The notes below the pieces were generated by a model. The model had not been told where the DNA came from and ran no database searches. It worked only from the letters and a program-made list of their open reading frames with translations. Shown in pieces: positions 44,701 to 57,900 of a DNA stretch of 64,000 nt (position 1 is the first letter of the stretch; every line of letters starts with the position of its first letter). Source of the DNA: Paramoeba atlantica. Lineage: Eukaryota; Protista; Discosea. The position numbers and the translations under genes are program-made. Where the stretch lies: NCBI GenBank assembly GCA_977017575.1, contig CDRNVI010000151.1, positions 62,001 through 126,000 on the forward strand. The letters run 5' to 3'.

Positions 44701-46298
44701 ATGATCGAAAGACAATTCGTGAGCTTAAAGGAGCTCTTTCAGCTGAAACTGGTGTTGCAACAAACAAGGTTTTCTTTTTCTTGTTGCTTTTTTTAGTTGA
44801 TTCTACGACTCAGTCTTTGGTCCATTCTTAAACATTGTGAAATCAGTTTTTGTTGTGCCGAAGAGGACTCAAGGCTGAGTATAAAAATGGTGATTTGAGA
44901 TTATGTGATGCAGGTCAGATCATCTTTCTCCTCCCTCTCTTTGTCCAAAGTTCTTGTCTTTAATTAAAACATCAGATATCTTCAGTGGAATGCAACTCTC
45001 TATGATTGCTGGGCAACCACTGGGCAGTAATCAATATAAATTCAAAGTTTTCCTCTACAACCCACCAAAAGAATCACCCAAAAAATCCGAGGAACTTTTG
45101 CCATCACCATCACCTCCGCCCACAACGACACCTTCTCCATCTCCAGCAGATGGGTCACCAGGAGGACCTCCCCCACCACCAAGTGGACCTCCTCCGCCGC
45201 CTAGTGGACCCCCTCCACCACCAATTGGAGGTGTTGCGGCGAAATCTCTCGAGTTTACTATGTTGGGTGAGGCGGTTATTGATATTGGAATGACTGTTGA
45301 TGAAGTGAGGAATGAGATGAGATCTCAAGAGTATGGCGAGAAGGTTCCTCAGTTTTTCAGACTTCGAGAAAAATGTACGTTTTATTTTTCTCTCTTTTCC
45401 TTTCCTCTTTTTTTCTTTCTTTCTTTCTTTTCTCTTCCTTATTCTTTTGTTTCTCTTATTCACGAGTGTCAAAAAAGTGGGACAACAAATGGGTCAAGTA
45501 TTGAAAGGAGGGGCATTATTTGGTTCACACTACAAAAACATGAGGAGTGGAATGGAACTTGCCGTCCAAGGTCTCTCTTCAGATGACCACCTCGGCCCAG
45601 AAGATCTCCTGGTTTCTGCTCGTCAGGTTTCTTTTCATTCATCGTTACACAGAATTTCAACTTTTTGTATTCATCCTTTTGGATGCAGTGGTTGCCAGAA
45701 GATTGGAAATTAGGAGATAGAATCGAAGAAATTGTTTTGGAGGATACAGCGACAGTACAAGATTTGAAAGAGCGCTTCTCTTTAATCTTTGATATCCCTC
45801 TTGCATTCATTGCCATAGCTCGTCCTGGTCGTGCGATCTCTCCTTTCCAGGTAAAACTTTTGAGAGTCAGAGAAATGAAAAAAAAGAAACTCACCTTTTG
45901 GAGGATAGGTTGCAACAGCAAACTGGGACCCAATGGAAGATCTGATCTTGACAGGATCACCTTGGTACATGAAGGTCTTTTTCTTTTTCAAAAAAAAAAA
46001 TCAAAATGAATCAAGCTCTTAACTGAAAAAAAAAAATAGAGTGGAGATGCAATTGTTGTCAAGGATCGCCGTCATAAAGATAAACATGAGGTGGTTTTTT
46101 TAAAAACTTATTCCAAATTATCCTTTCAACAACAACAAAAAAAAATTCAAATCAGATCTTGTTTGTTTGAGGTCTTGTTAATTAACAAAGGCAAAACAGA
46201 TTCCAGTTTCAATGATGAGAGAGACAGGAGTCACAATTACCACTGATTTTGAAGAACAACTTCGACTTGCTGAACAACTCTCTCTTGCTGAACAATAA
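36796..46298 (+). CDS. Ubiquitin-specific protease, USP47/USP7-like, many exons
   Basis: Cys box GLFNQ|GSTCYMNSLLQALYMTP; IPYQFQRLF; SFGWEGSDIFQQQDAN|EL; EPYLDLNL; His box YELFGVLIHSGGAMGGHYYSFMRD; WLSFDDANV; Pro-rich N-terminus; stop TAA at 46296-46298. Confidence 0.85.
38457..40448 (-). mobile_element. Internally deleted DIRS1-like retroelement in a USP intron
   Basis: Inverted terminal repeats at 38476-38633 and 40263-40402. Internal complementary region at 38680-38777 matches both termini. Gag-like ORFs at 39474-40247. Frameshifted YR C-terminal remnant (KPMAPTTLSSRIASLF; HNTR...GNWGDTISVARKHY). No RT/RNase H. Confidence 0.8.
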
Positions 46299-46361
46299 AA
46301 TTGTTTTAGAGAGAAAAGAGGAAAACCATAAAACTCATAAAGTTTATAATTCGAAAAATAT

Positions 46362-47514
46362 CTATGGAGCGACTGAAGTTGGAGTTGAAAGTGAAGGGGG
46401 AGAGGAGGATGAAGAAGAGGAAGAAGAAGAAGAAGAGGAAGGAGATGAGTCAGAAGGTGGGAGCTGACGAAAGATGGATTCAACATGTGGATCAGATTGG
46501 TTCCGTTGGAGAAGCCATTTTCGAAGACTCGTCAAATAGTCTATATTTTTTCCAGAAGGCCCTGTATTTGAATTTGAGAAATTTGAGAAATAATTCCTTT
46601 CTTTGTTCTTTCTTCTATTTTTTTTCCAGAAATCATTCCCACCAAAAAAAAAAAAGAAGAACCTCGAGCAATTGCGATCCGTGAGGCAATCACAGAGTCT
46701 TCAACATATCCAGTATAAGATTGATTTGATTGAGCTAAAAAGAAGAAGAGAAAAATTAAGTTTTTCAAAGAAAGAATGTTCTTGTTTGACTCAAAGAACA
46801 AAAAAGAAGAAAGAAAAGAAAAAAAAAAACACACATCGAAAAAATAAAACAACAAACCCTGAGAAAAATAAACAATCGCCTTTCCAAACTGTTTTGTTCC
46901 ATCCAAAGAATAAACTTGTGTGGCAGTTCGAGTATAGCCATTCTTTTCCCGAAAATCAAGCATTGGAAGAATCTTTTCCAATTTTTTGAGCCGATAACAC
47001 ATCCCAACAACAGAACCATTCTCCTCCTTCTTGTGAATGTGGTGGATATCTGGATGATCATCTCTCAAAAGAACAACAACATATCCTGGCTCTTCTGGGA
47101 CTCCCCTGTTATTTTGTTTTCTTTTAATTTACTTGTTTTATTCTCTCTCTCTCTCTCTGGTTAGTTTTTTCTTCTTTTTCTTTCTATTTTCTGTTTATTT
47201 TCCTGTTCATCACGAGAAAGAGAGAGAAAAACATGAGGACCGGTGATCAATAGAATGTTGCCAAAATCGCCGATTAAAACCCTGAATTTTTGCAGGAAAG
47301 CTTTCGAGAATCTCTTCTTCATCACAAGGAGGTTTCCAGACTGTACCAACCAAAGAAATCAAAAAAAAAACTCGAACCATTCAAAAAAAAAATGAAAAAC
47401 TGAACCAATAGAACCGTATCCAAAGACAAGTTCAATCCCAGAATACTCAACAGAGGGATCAACACTGGCAGTGGTCCAGCACCCATCTGGAATCTTTCCC
47501 CATTCTGAACTCAT
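46362..47514 (-). CDS. CHAC: ChaC-family glutathione-specific gamma-glutamylcyclotransferase, multi-exon
   Basis: LVFGYGS, DHR, LDFREKNGY, IAIAR|GPSGKNIDYL are ChaC hallmarks; ATG at 47514, stop TAG at 46362-46364. Confidence 0.85.
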
Positions 47515-47690
47515 CACAAATCCCAAACAAGAACAAACAAGAACAAACAAGAACAAACAAGAACAACTGAGAACAACTGAGAACAAAAAAAAAGAAAACA
47601 CTTTTCGCAAAACGAAAAATGTCGTCGAAAAATCGTGAGAGGTTTCTGACTTTCTGATTAACTCAAAAATAAGCCTTCTTTCTCACAAAT

Positions 47691-47763
47691 GCTTTCGTGG
47701 CTCAGTCGGTAGAGCGTCAGTCTCATAATCTGAAGGTCGTGAGTTCGATCCTCACCGAGAGCA
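47691..47763 (+). tRNA. trnM: tRNA-Met (CAT), elongator type
   Basis: Acceptor stem GCTTTCG/CGAGAGC, D arm GCTCAGTCGGTAGAGC, anticodon loop CTCATAA, T loop GTTCGA, followed by an oligo-T Pol III terminator. Confidence 0.95.
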
Positions 47764-47883
47764 TATTTTTTTTCATTTTTTCATTTTTTCTTTTTTCGTT
47801 TTCGTTTTTTTGCAACAATCTCTTTTTTCAAGTTTTCTTTTTCTAAATTGTGAATTGTTCAAAGCAAAATTTTGAGGGGAAAG

Positions 47884-48583
47884 TTATATTTTTTGTGGAA
47901 GTTTGTCACTCTTTTGGTTCAATTCATTCCTCTTTTCTTTTTTTCTTTTGTTTTTGTTTTTGTTTTTCTTCTTGTTTTCTTCTTGCTTTGTTTCCTCGTT
48001 TTGGTTCATCTTGTTTTCTTGTGGAGGTCCTCCTCGGTTGTCTTCTTCCACAAGAAATGAATAAATCACATAAACGACGAGAATGGAATTTACCACAACA
48101 ACCCCAACCACAGCCGCAGCAACTAAAAAAGAGATTTGTCAAAAACTGAAAGAGAGGAGGAAGAAAAGAGAGAGAGAGAGAGAGAAAAGACAAACCTTTT
48201 CTTTGAAAATCAGAAAAAGAAGATGGGAGAAAGTTCAAAGTTGCCAAGACAGCAGCAATTGGGAGAAGGAACATTGAAATTGCGACAAACGCCAACTTTC
48301 GAATGACTTTGAGATTTTCTGGTTTTGATTTGAGAATATTCCAACCAGATCGCAAATCAGTTTGCTTTGGATCATCTTCAGAAGGAGGAGGGAAAATAGA
48401 TAAAGACACTTTGTAAGGAACCGACACGGGGACTGAGACAGGAGGGACTAGAGAAGGGGTGGGGAGAAACCCTTGAACAATTTTCTTCTGTTCCTCAGTC
48501 TGTTTGAGAACAACTGGCGGTTGTTGTTCATCATCTTCAATTGTTTGTGGTTCTTCTTTTTTTCCCTTCCTTTTTCTTCCCAT
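47884..48583 (-). CDS. VMA21-like V-ATPase assembly factor, 2 exons
   Basis: Two TM segments, VIRKLAFVAISMFLLPIAAVL and VGVVVVNSILVVYVIYSF, in the VMA21 pattern; Lys-rich C-terminus; divergent from PRP8 across 327 bp. Confidence 0.6.
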
Positions 48584-48910
48584 TCTCACACTCCAACAAC
48601 AACAAAAAAAAAAGAAAAAAGAAATGGTGTCTTTCGAGAAAAGCTCGAAAATGGACACCATTTTTTTCGAAACGAAAAACTAACTTTTCAACATAGCCTT
48701 TTTTGAAAAGTAGTAAAGTACTTTTTATTATGTAGGTCATTTTAAAAAGTAAAAGTAAAATAAAGGATTATTTGATCAAGAAAATCAAGCATAAAATGCT
48801 TATGAAAAAGACAACCCTTAAAAGTAACTGTAGTACGAACGACTTTTTCGTTTCTTTTCTTTTCTGTTCTCTTGTGTTTGGACCGTGTTTGGTTTTTCTG
48901 GTGTGAAACC

Positions 48911-51900
48911 ATGAGTTTTCCTCCACCGGGTATCTTCCCCCAACCTGGTCAACAACAACAACAACAACAACCCCCACCTCCTCACCTTCAACAACAACAA
49001 CAACAACCCCCACCACCCTCTCATCAACCACCACCGCCAAAACAAGAACCCCCCCCTCACTTTACGAAAGATTTGTTAGAAGAAAAGAAAAAGAAATGGG
49101 CGCAACTCAACGCAAAACGTTATTGTGACAAAAGAAAGTTTGGATACGTTGAACCACAGAAGGAAGACATGCCCCCTCAACATCTTCGAAAGATCATTAA
49201 AGATCATGGGGATATGTCAGCAAAGAAATTTCGCCACGACAAACGAGTTTACCTGGGTGCTTTAAAGTATGTTCCTCATGCCATTTTTAAATTGTTGGAG
49301 AATATGCCTATGCCTTGGGAAGAAGTTCGAGATGTAAACGTTTTGTATCACATGACTGGTGCGATCACATTTGTCAATGAGATTCCTTGGGTTGTCGAGC
49401 CGATTTATATCGCCCAATGGGGAACAATGTGGATGATGATGCGAAAAGAAAAGCGAGATCGTCGCCACTTTAAGAGAATGCGGTTCCCCCCTTTTGATGA
49501 TGAAGAACCTCCCCTTGACTATGGTGAAAACATTTTAGATATTGAACCTGTTGAGGGAATACAAATGGAGTTGGACCCTGATGAAGATGAGCCTGTTTAT
49601 GAATGGTTTTATGATCACCAACCTCTCAAGCGCTCAAAATTAGTCAATGGCCCAAGCTACAAGCGATGGAAATTGACTGTTCCCATCATGTCCACTTTAT
49701 ATCGATTGGCTGGGCAACTTTTGAGTGATCTGACGGACCCAAATTACTTTTATTTATTCGATTTGAAATCTTTCTTCACTGCAAAAGCGTTGAATATGGC
49801 GATCCCTGGAGGTCCCAAGTTCGAGCCACTTTTTCGCGATATTGAAGCTCAAGATGAAGATTGGAATGAGTTCAACGATATTCACAAAATTATTATTCGA
49901 CACCCAATCCGGACTGAATCTCGTATTGCGTTTCCCTTCCTTTACAATGATCGACCTCGCAAAGTATTCGTGACCCCTTATCATCATCCATTGGTCTGTT
50001 ACATGAAGACTGAGGATCCAAACCTTCCTGCCTTCTTCTGGGACCCTTTAATTAACCCAATCCCTGGTATGAAGTCATCACGGGCACTTACAGAATTTGA
50101 GGAAGAACTTCTTGAGGGTGAAGAAGATGATTTCAGCCTTCCAGAGGACGTCGAACCTTTCTTAATTGATACACCTTTGTTTTCTGGCAACACAGCGGCT
50201 GGGATTGCTCTCTACTGGGCTCCTCATCCTTTTAATGAGCGTACAGGCCATATGCGACGAGCGTTGGATATTCCTTTGGTGAAACCGTGGTTCCTTGAAA
50301 GGTGTCCTCCAAACCAACCTGTTAAAGTCCGAGTGAGTTATCAAAAACTTCTCAAGTGTTATGTCCACAATTGCTTAAAGAAGAGACCTCCGAAGTCTTT
50401 GAAGAGAAGAGCTTTGTTCAAATCACTCAAAGTAACAAAGTTCTTCCAGACAACTGAAATTGATTGGGTGGAGGCTGGACTTCAAGTTTGTCGACAAGGG
50501 TATAACATGTTGAATCTTTTGATCCACCGAAAGAATTTGAACTATCTTCACTTGGATTATAACTTTATGTTGAAACCCATCAAGACACTGACTACGAAAG
50601 AAAGAAAGAAGTCTCGATTTGGGAATGCGTTCCATCTCTGCAGAGAGATCCTTCGTTTGACCAAATTTGTTGTTGATTCGTATGTCCAATATCGTCTTGG
50701 GAATCTCGATGCTTACCAATTAGCTGATGGTCTCCAATATATCTTTGCTCATGTTGGACATTTAACGGGAATGTATAGGTATAAATATCGATTGATGAGA
50801 CAAATTCGAATGTGTTTCGACCCGGAGACGCCCGTTATGATGGCGAACGGTACAACCAAAGCAATCAAGGATGTCGAGGTTGGCGAGGAGGTGATGGGCG
50901 ACACGTTAACGTCACGAAAGGTTGTTGCCAAGGCAGATGGTCTTGCGCAAATGTACCGTGTTACTTACGATAACAAAGGGGACAAATCTGCGTGGGATGA
51001 CGAGGGTTCGAGCTCATCGTTTGTCTGCAACGGGCCGCATCAGCTCGTTGTTATTGTCAAGTCCGACTTGCACATCGATACCACCACAGATATCCTACGC
51101 GTCACGTACTGCAAGATGGTCCAGGATGATAATCTTGGTTTTGAGGTGCCACTTCTTACTGCCCTGCAGTTCGCCGTCAACCCACATGCATATGACATGG
51201 AGCCCAACGCAAAAGCCAAGGCCAAGGTTGCCGCTGAAACCAAGGCTCATGAGCTTCAGGTCCTGGGTTACAAAACCGCCCTGACCCACCTGGCCAAACA
51301 AGGGCAATTTCGTGTGCTCGTGCCCAAGGCAAACCGACCGGAGGGTGCGGATGCCAAGGACTTCGCCTTCACCTACTCGTACAATCGCACTGGGGGCCAG
51401 TACTATTTGACCAGAGAGAAGGCTGTTGCTGCGAGCGAGAAGTTTTTTGCCTCATGCAAGGCGGAATTGGTGTGGGAACCCACAGTCGAGCAGTGGTTGC
51501 GTTTCGAGGAACAGTATCCGAGGCGTGCTAAAAAGTGCAAGATGGTTCGTGTTGGCCGTCCATCCGCAATCACGAATCCACCTGTGAAACTCTTGTCAGA
51601 TCTCGTGCGCGAGTCGATCAAGCAGGTTGCGGACAATCACGGACCACAGCCAAAAGTGAGTTTGGAGAACGCCATTCCCAAGCTGGCTTTCCTCGTTGGC
51701 GTGTGGCTTGGTGCTGGTCACAACAAGTCACCGTCAATCTACATGGTCTTAAATGAGGAGACCAGGTCCTTCTACAATGGATTGCAGCAAATTACCGACG
51801 ACCTTGGTCTCACTATTGGAAAGCGCACCATGAGCAACGATCCAAAGCATGCCCACCTCTGCCACGAGTGGTATGTGACATTCTCCTCTGCGAGTAAATC

Positions 51901-54900
51901 GAGGAAGCGTAAAGGAATGAGCGAAAATAATCTTGGAAATTGCACCCAACAGAACGTCTTATGTGTCCTACTCAAGCGCCTCGGGTTCTACGAGGTTTCT
52001 AACAAACACCTCTCAGAGGAGGTCATCCTCTCCGTGGTCTGTGACAGCCAAGAGGTGCGAGGTGCGCTTTTAGCGGGCCTGATTGATACTGACGGCCATC
52101 TTGAAATGAACAGAATGTGGCGCATCACGCAGAAAGACCATGATGCAAACGGAATGCATCACAAATCCATTCTTGACCTCGCTCATCGAACTGCACTCTC
52201 ATTGGGCCTTCACTCTTCACGTTGTAGGGCAAAGAAGGTGTATAAGTCGACACTGAGGGGCAAACCTCTCGCATCAGGCATTATGGGAGGAACGTGCATC
52301 ACAACCCCACCAGTGAATGACCCTATCTCCAAATTCATCCTTACTGACTACAAGCGCATCACGGAGAGCAGCCACAATATGTTGCGATCGGATCGTAACC
52401 GCCAGCTGTACAGGTTCAAGGTGTCCAAGATGGACACACCAGAAGGTCCATATGTTGGTATCCAAGTCGAAGGTGAGAACGAGCGATTCCTCCTTGGGGA
52501 CCATGTGAGCGTGCACAACTGTAAAGATCTTAAGCATTTGATCTACTATCGCTTCAACACCGGTCCAGTTGGAAAGGGTCCTGGTTGTGGATTTTGGGCT
52601 CCAGGTTGGCGTGTATGGCTCTTCTTCCTTCGTGGTATTGTACCTTTATTAGAAAGATGGTTGGGTAATTTGCTTGCTCGACAATTTGAAGGTCGTCACT
52701 CCAAAGGAATTGCGAAGACTGTTACGAAACAACGTGTAGAAAGTCATTTTGATTTAGAGTTGCGAGCTGCTGTGATGCATGACATTCTTGATATGATGCC
52801 TGAGGGTCTCAAACAAAACAAGTCTCGAACGATCTTACAGCATTTGAGTGAGGCATGGCGATGTTTTAGTCCTTCTACGCCCGTACGAATGGCTGATGGG
52901 ATGACCAAGAAAGCTGGTGATATTGTGAAAGGTGATCTCGTCCTTGGGAGTAAGGGTCAAGGGCTTCCAGTTCTCCATACAATGAATGGTCGTGATCGAA
53001 TGTATCGTGTGGATCTCCTTCCTGATGGTGTTAATGAAGGAAATGATCCCAATTGGAACTTTGAGGAAGATGGATTTGTGTGCAATAGCAGACACGAACT
53101 AGTCCTTGTCAATCCGCAGCTTGGTGGAGTTTCCATCAACCACAATGCGACCCGTCGTGTGTTTGAGGTGCATTCTGCTGGTCTTGTTCCGTACAAAGGT
53201 CCTGTTCCAATTGAAAAACACCTTGGTCATATTTGCAGAACGTTTTCCTATTCAGAAAATATGTACAGATCCTTGAAGGCGAGCAAGGATGCTGCTGAAG
53301 CTGAGGCCAAATACTTGAAAGAATCTGGGGCATCCAATGTACGTGTGCAGGTGAACTATAAGCGCGGTTGTGTAAGTGTGTCTGTTGCTTCCCTCAATGG
53401 TGCAGTCAGGAAGCACTCTGGAACCTTTCGTTTTGGAGTCTCTAAACTAAATGGGACGACAGACACCGATCGAATCTTTGCAGGAGAAGCAGCTGCGAAG
53501 GCTGCTGCTGAGAGTTATGTGGTTGATTGTGCCAAAATACCAGCGATGTGGAGTGTTAGTGTGGAAGACTATCTTGCCTACTGCAAGGCCCATCCCCAAC
53601 ATGCTGATCGCTTGCGCATGGTGTTCTGTGATCAAATTGAGTTTCCACGTGTCATCCACCTGCAGAAACAATTTTATAATGTTGATGACCTCCTCAATGA
53701 TATGTATGCTTCCAACTTGCTTCCTCATGCAACTGCTGCTGATGTGGCCTATTTACTTGGGCTGCACTTGGCTGATGGTAAGAAAGGACATGCAAAGTTC
53801 TTCTTGGGTCTTCATGAGAAGAAGATCATCGATTACCTTGTGGCCATTGCTCCTACATTTGGCATGGTGGCAACATTGGAGAAGCCAGTGACCAACTGTC
53901 AGCCTGTCTATCTTTCTGGGTGTGATTTCCGTGTTCCTAACTCACGTAAACGTAACACACTACTCTCCCTATTCTGTCATCTGGGGTATGGCATTGATGA
54001 TACTAAAAAAGTGAGTGGAAAACTGTGGAAAAATATCGTCTTGCAGGACTCTACCTTCCGCCGTGCTGTGCTTGCTGGTCTCATTGATGGTGACGGAACC
54101 TACCAGATTGCGCATCGCAACTGTGACAAACCTCATGGATATGGATTTGTTCAAGGGGTTGATAGTGAGTATTCAAAACATCATGAAGATATTATGTTCC
54201 TTGTGAGGGATATTTCCAGAAGCCTTGGTCTCAATTGCTTTATTTTCCGCCGTTCAAACGGATATCCTGCTGACCGAGTACGTCTGACATGCAACATCAC
54301 TGGTGATGGTGTCCACCTGATTCCGTGCAAAGAGAAACCTTTAATGAAGCATGAGTGCAGTGAGAACCCGTCTCGTTTCCGTGGTTATGTTCAATTTAAA
54401 GTCACAAAGGCCAGTGAGAATGGGCCCTACTGTGGATTTCAGCTGGAAGGCTCACCACTTTTCCTCTTGAAGAACTGGTTGATTGCCCATAATTGTTTTA
54501 AAGCTAACATCCCTTGGAAGGTTCCAGGATTGCCCATTGCCATTGAAAATATGATTCTTCGATATGTGAAGAGTAAGGCAGATTGGTGGACCAATGTTGC
54601 GCATTATAATCGTGAGCGAATTAGGCGAGGTGCCACTGTCGATAAAACTGTTTGCCTCAGCCCAGACACCGAGGTGCGTATGTGGGACGGTTCAGTGCGT
54701 ACCATGACTGAAGTAAATGTTGGTGATCTCCTCGTTGGTGATGACAGTACACCCCGCACTGTAATTGAGCGGTGGACTGGCATGACGGATGTCATGTACG
54801 AGATCAATCAGCACAATGGCATGACATATCGTTGCACAGGGAAGCACCAGCTCGTGGCGAGATTGTCGGGCTGCAAGCAGCAGTGTTATGTGGACAAGCG

Positions 54901-57900
54901 TTCGGGCAAATGGTGTGTTGAGTGGTGGACTGTCGAGAACAAATGCCTGATGCGGAACTATGGTCCCAAAGCATTCAACACTGAGGAAGAGGCGCGCAAC
55001 TTCCTGGTGACCAAGCCAACAATTACTACAGGTGAGTTGGCTGAACTGTGTGTCGAGGATGTGCACAACCAATTCAAGTCAATTCGTTCGCATGTCTTTG
55101 GTGTGCGTGTTGGTGTTCACACAGACAGAGCTAGCCACAACCACCCACTACTCCTCGAGCCATACATGCTGGGCCTGTGGCTGGGTGATGGCACGACGTC
55201 TGGGCGCCCAATGGTGACAACAAACGATGAGGAGATTGTGATGTACCTCAAGGGCTTTGCGAAACGACTCAACCTCTCAGTCAAGGCTCAGGAGAGTGGA
55301 CGAATCGGTGAGACAGATAACAAGTTCTTCTCCTACTACCTTGCCTCCCCACATGGGCAGCCCAACCAATTTCTGGAAGCGCTCAGGCACTACGGTGTTC
55401 TGCACAGCAAGTGCATCCCAAATGACTACATGGGTGCATCACGTGCCGACCGCCTCTCACTGCTCGCTGGTTTCCTGGATTCCAACGGGTGGGTGCACAA
55501 GGACAAGTTCCCAAGAGAGGAATACATTACCTATGGACTCTCCTTCTCGCAGGGTACCAATCACAAAGACCTTCTGTATGACTTCTCTGACCTGTGCCGC
55601 TCACTCGGTTTTGCCGGCTGTGAGGTCCGCCAGTACACCGCAGGTGTGCGAAAATTGAGGAAGCGCAAGAAAGATAATGTGGAGATGATGCGATGGCAAT
55701 TCGTAGCCTCAGGCCCCACATGTCACGATGTGCCAACACTGTTGGAGCGCAAACGCGTGCCCACTGATGCGTGTTGGCGCGACACAACATCAGGCATCCC
55801 CAGCAAGTTGGAGTTGTCGAAGATAGAGGCACTGGAACAACCATATGTGGGTGTCACAGTGAGCGGTGCGAATCATCGATTTCTCCTGCGGGACTACACT
55901 GTAACCCACAACTGCAAGAAGAATCTTGGACGTTTAACACGATTGTGGCTCAAAGCTGAGCAAGAACGCCAACATAATTATTTGAAAGATGGGCCATATA
56001 TTAGCGCTGAGGAAGCCGTGGCTATCTATACAACTACTGTTCATTGGCTTGAGAGCCGAAAGTTTTCTCCAATCCCTTTCCCTCCTTTGAATTACAAACA
56101 TGATACAAAGTTATTGATTTTAGCGTTGGAGAGGCTGAAGGAAGCTTATTCTGTGATGGCTCGATTAAATCAGTCCCAAAGAGAAGAACTTGGTTTGATT
56201 GAACAGGCTTATGATAACCCACACGAAGCTCTTAGTCGGATTAAACGTCATTTACTAACACAACGTGCCTTTAAAGAAGTTGGAATTGAATTTATGGACT
56301 TGTATAGTCACTTGGTGCCTGTTTATGATGTCGAACCTTTAGAAAAGATTACTGACGCGTATTTAGACCAGTATCTATGGTACGAGGCTGATAAGAGGCA
56401 CCTCTTCCCTGGTTGGATCAAACCTGGAGATTCTGAACCACCTCCTTTGTTGGTCTACAAATGGTGCCAGGGGATTAATAACTTACACAATGTGTGGGAT
56501 ACATCCAATGGTGAGTGTGTTGTGATGCTTGAGACGAAGTTAGAAAAGATTTATGAAAAGGTTGATTTGACACTGTTGAATCGTTTATTACGTTTGATTC
56601 TCGATCACAATATCGCCGATTACATTACAGCGAAGAATAATATTGTGATGAATTACAAAGATATGAATCATACGAATTCATATGGGTTGATTCGTGGTCT
56701 GCAGTTTGCTTCTTTTATCGTTCAATTCTATGGTTTAGTTTTGGATCTTCTTCTTTTGGGTTTGACTCGTGCTTCTGAAATTGCTGGTCCTCCTGAAATG
56801 CCCAATGATTTCCTCACGTTTCACAGCTTGGTCATGGAAACCAAACACCCCATTCGACTCTATTCTCGTTATATTGATCGCATCCACATTTGTTATCGTG
56901 TGACACATGACGAAGCTAAAGAGTTGATTCAACGATATCTGACAGAGCACCCTGATCCGAATAACGAAAATATTGTTGGGTATCCAAACCGAAAATGTTG
57001 GCCGCGTGATTGTCGGATGAGGTTGATGAAACATGATGTGAATTTAGGAAGAGCTTTGTTCTGGGATCTGAAGAATCGGTTACCCCGTTCTGTGTCGACT
57101 ATTGAGTGGGAGAACTCTTTCGTGTCGGTATACAGCAAAGATAACCCTAACTTATTATTTAATATGTGTGGGTTTGAGGTTCGGGTCTTACCAAAGATGA
57201 GAGCTATTAATGAATCGTTTACAAACAAAGATGGAGTCTGGAATCTTCAAAACGAGAGTACAAAAGAACGGACTGCTCAAGCATTTTTGCGAGTTGATGA
57301 AGAGAGTCTGAAAAGGTATGAGAACAGAGTTCGAATGATTTTGATGGCTTCTGGTTCCACTACCTTTACTAAGATTGTTAACAAGTGGAACACATCTTTG
57401 ATTGGTCTGATGACCTATTTCCGTGAAGCTGTCGTTCACACACAAGAATTGTTGGATCTATTGGTCAAGTGTGAAAACAAAATTCAGACTCGTATTAAAA
57501 TTGGGTTGAACTCAAAGATGCCTTCTCGTTTCCCTCCTGTTGTCTTCTATTGCGTCGCGCCAAACACACCGGTGAGGATGGCTGATGGCTCAGAGAAGGC
57601 AATGGGCAACATCGAGCTTGGTGAGTTGGTCCTTGGTGACGATGGTGGCATCCGGACTGTTGCACACATCCATTCTGGAAAGGCACCACTCTACCGTGTT
57701 GCACTTGCGCACAATAAGATGGACAACTTCCTCTTCAATGACTCAGCATTCGTCTGCAATGGCAATCACAAGCTGGTCATCTCGCTCATCAAGGACGAGG
57801 CATCAAATGGTCTCCGGATCGACACAACAGGTGACATGAACTCAGTGAGGGGTTCCATTGGCTGCCGCTTCCTCACACTCAAGTTCGACCCTCACCTTGG

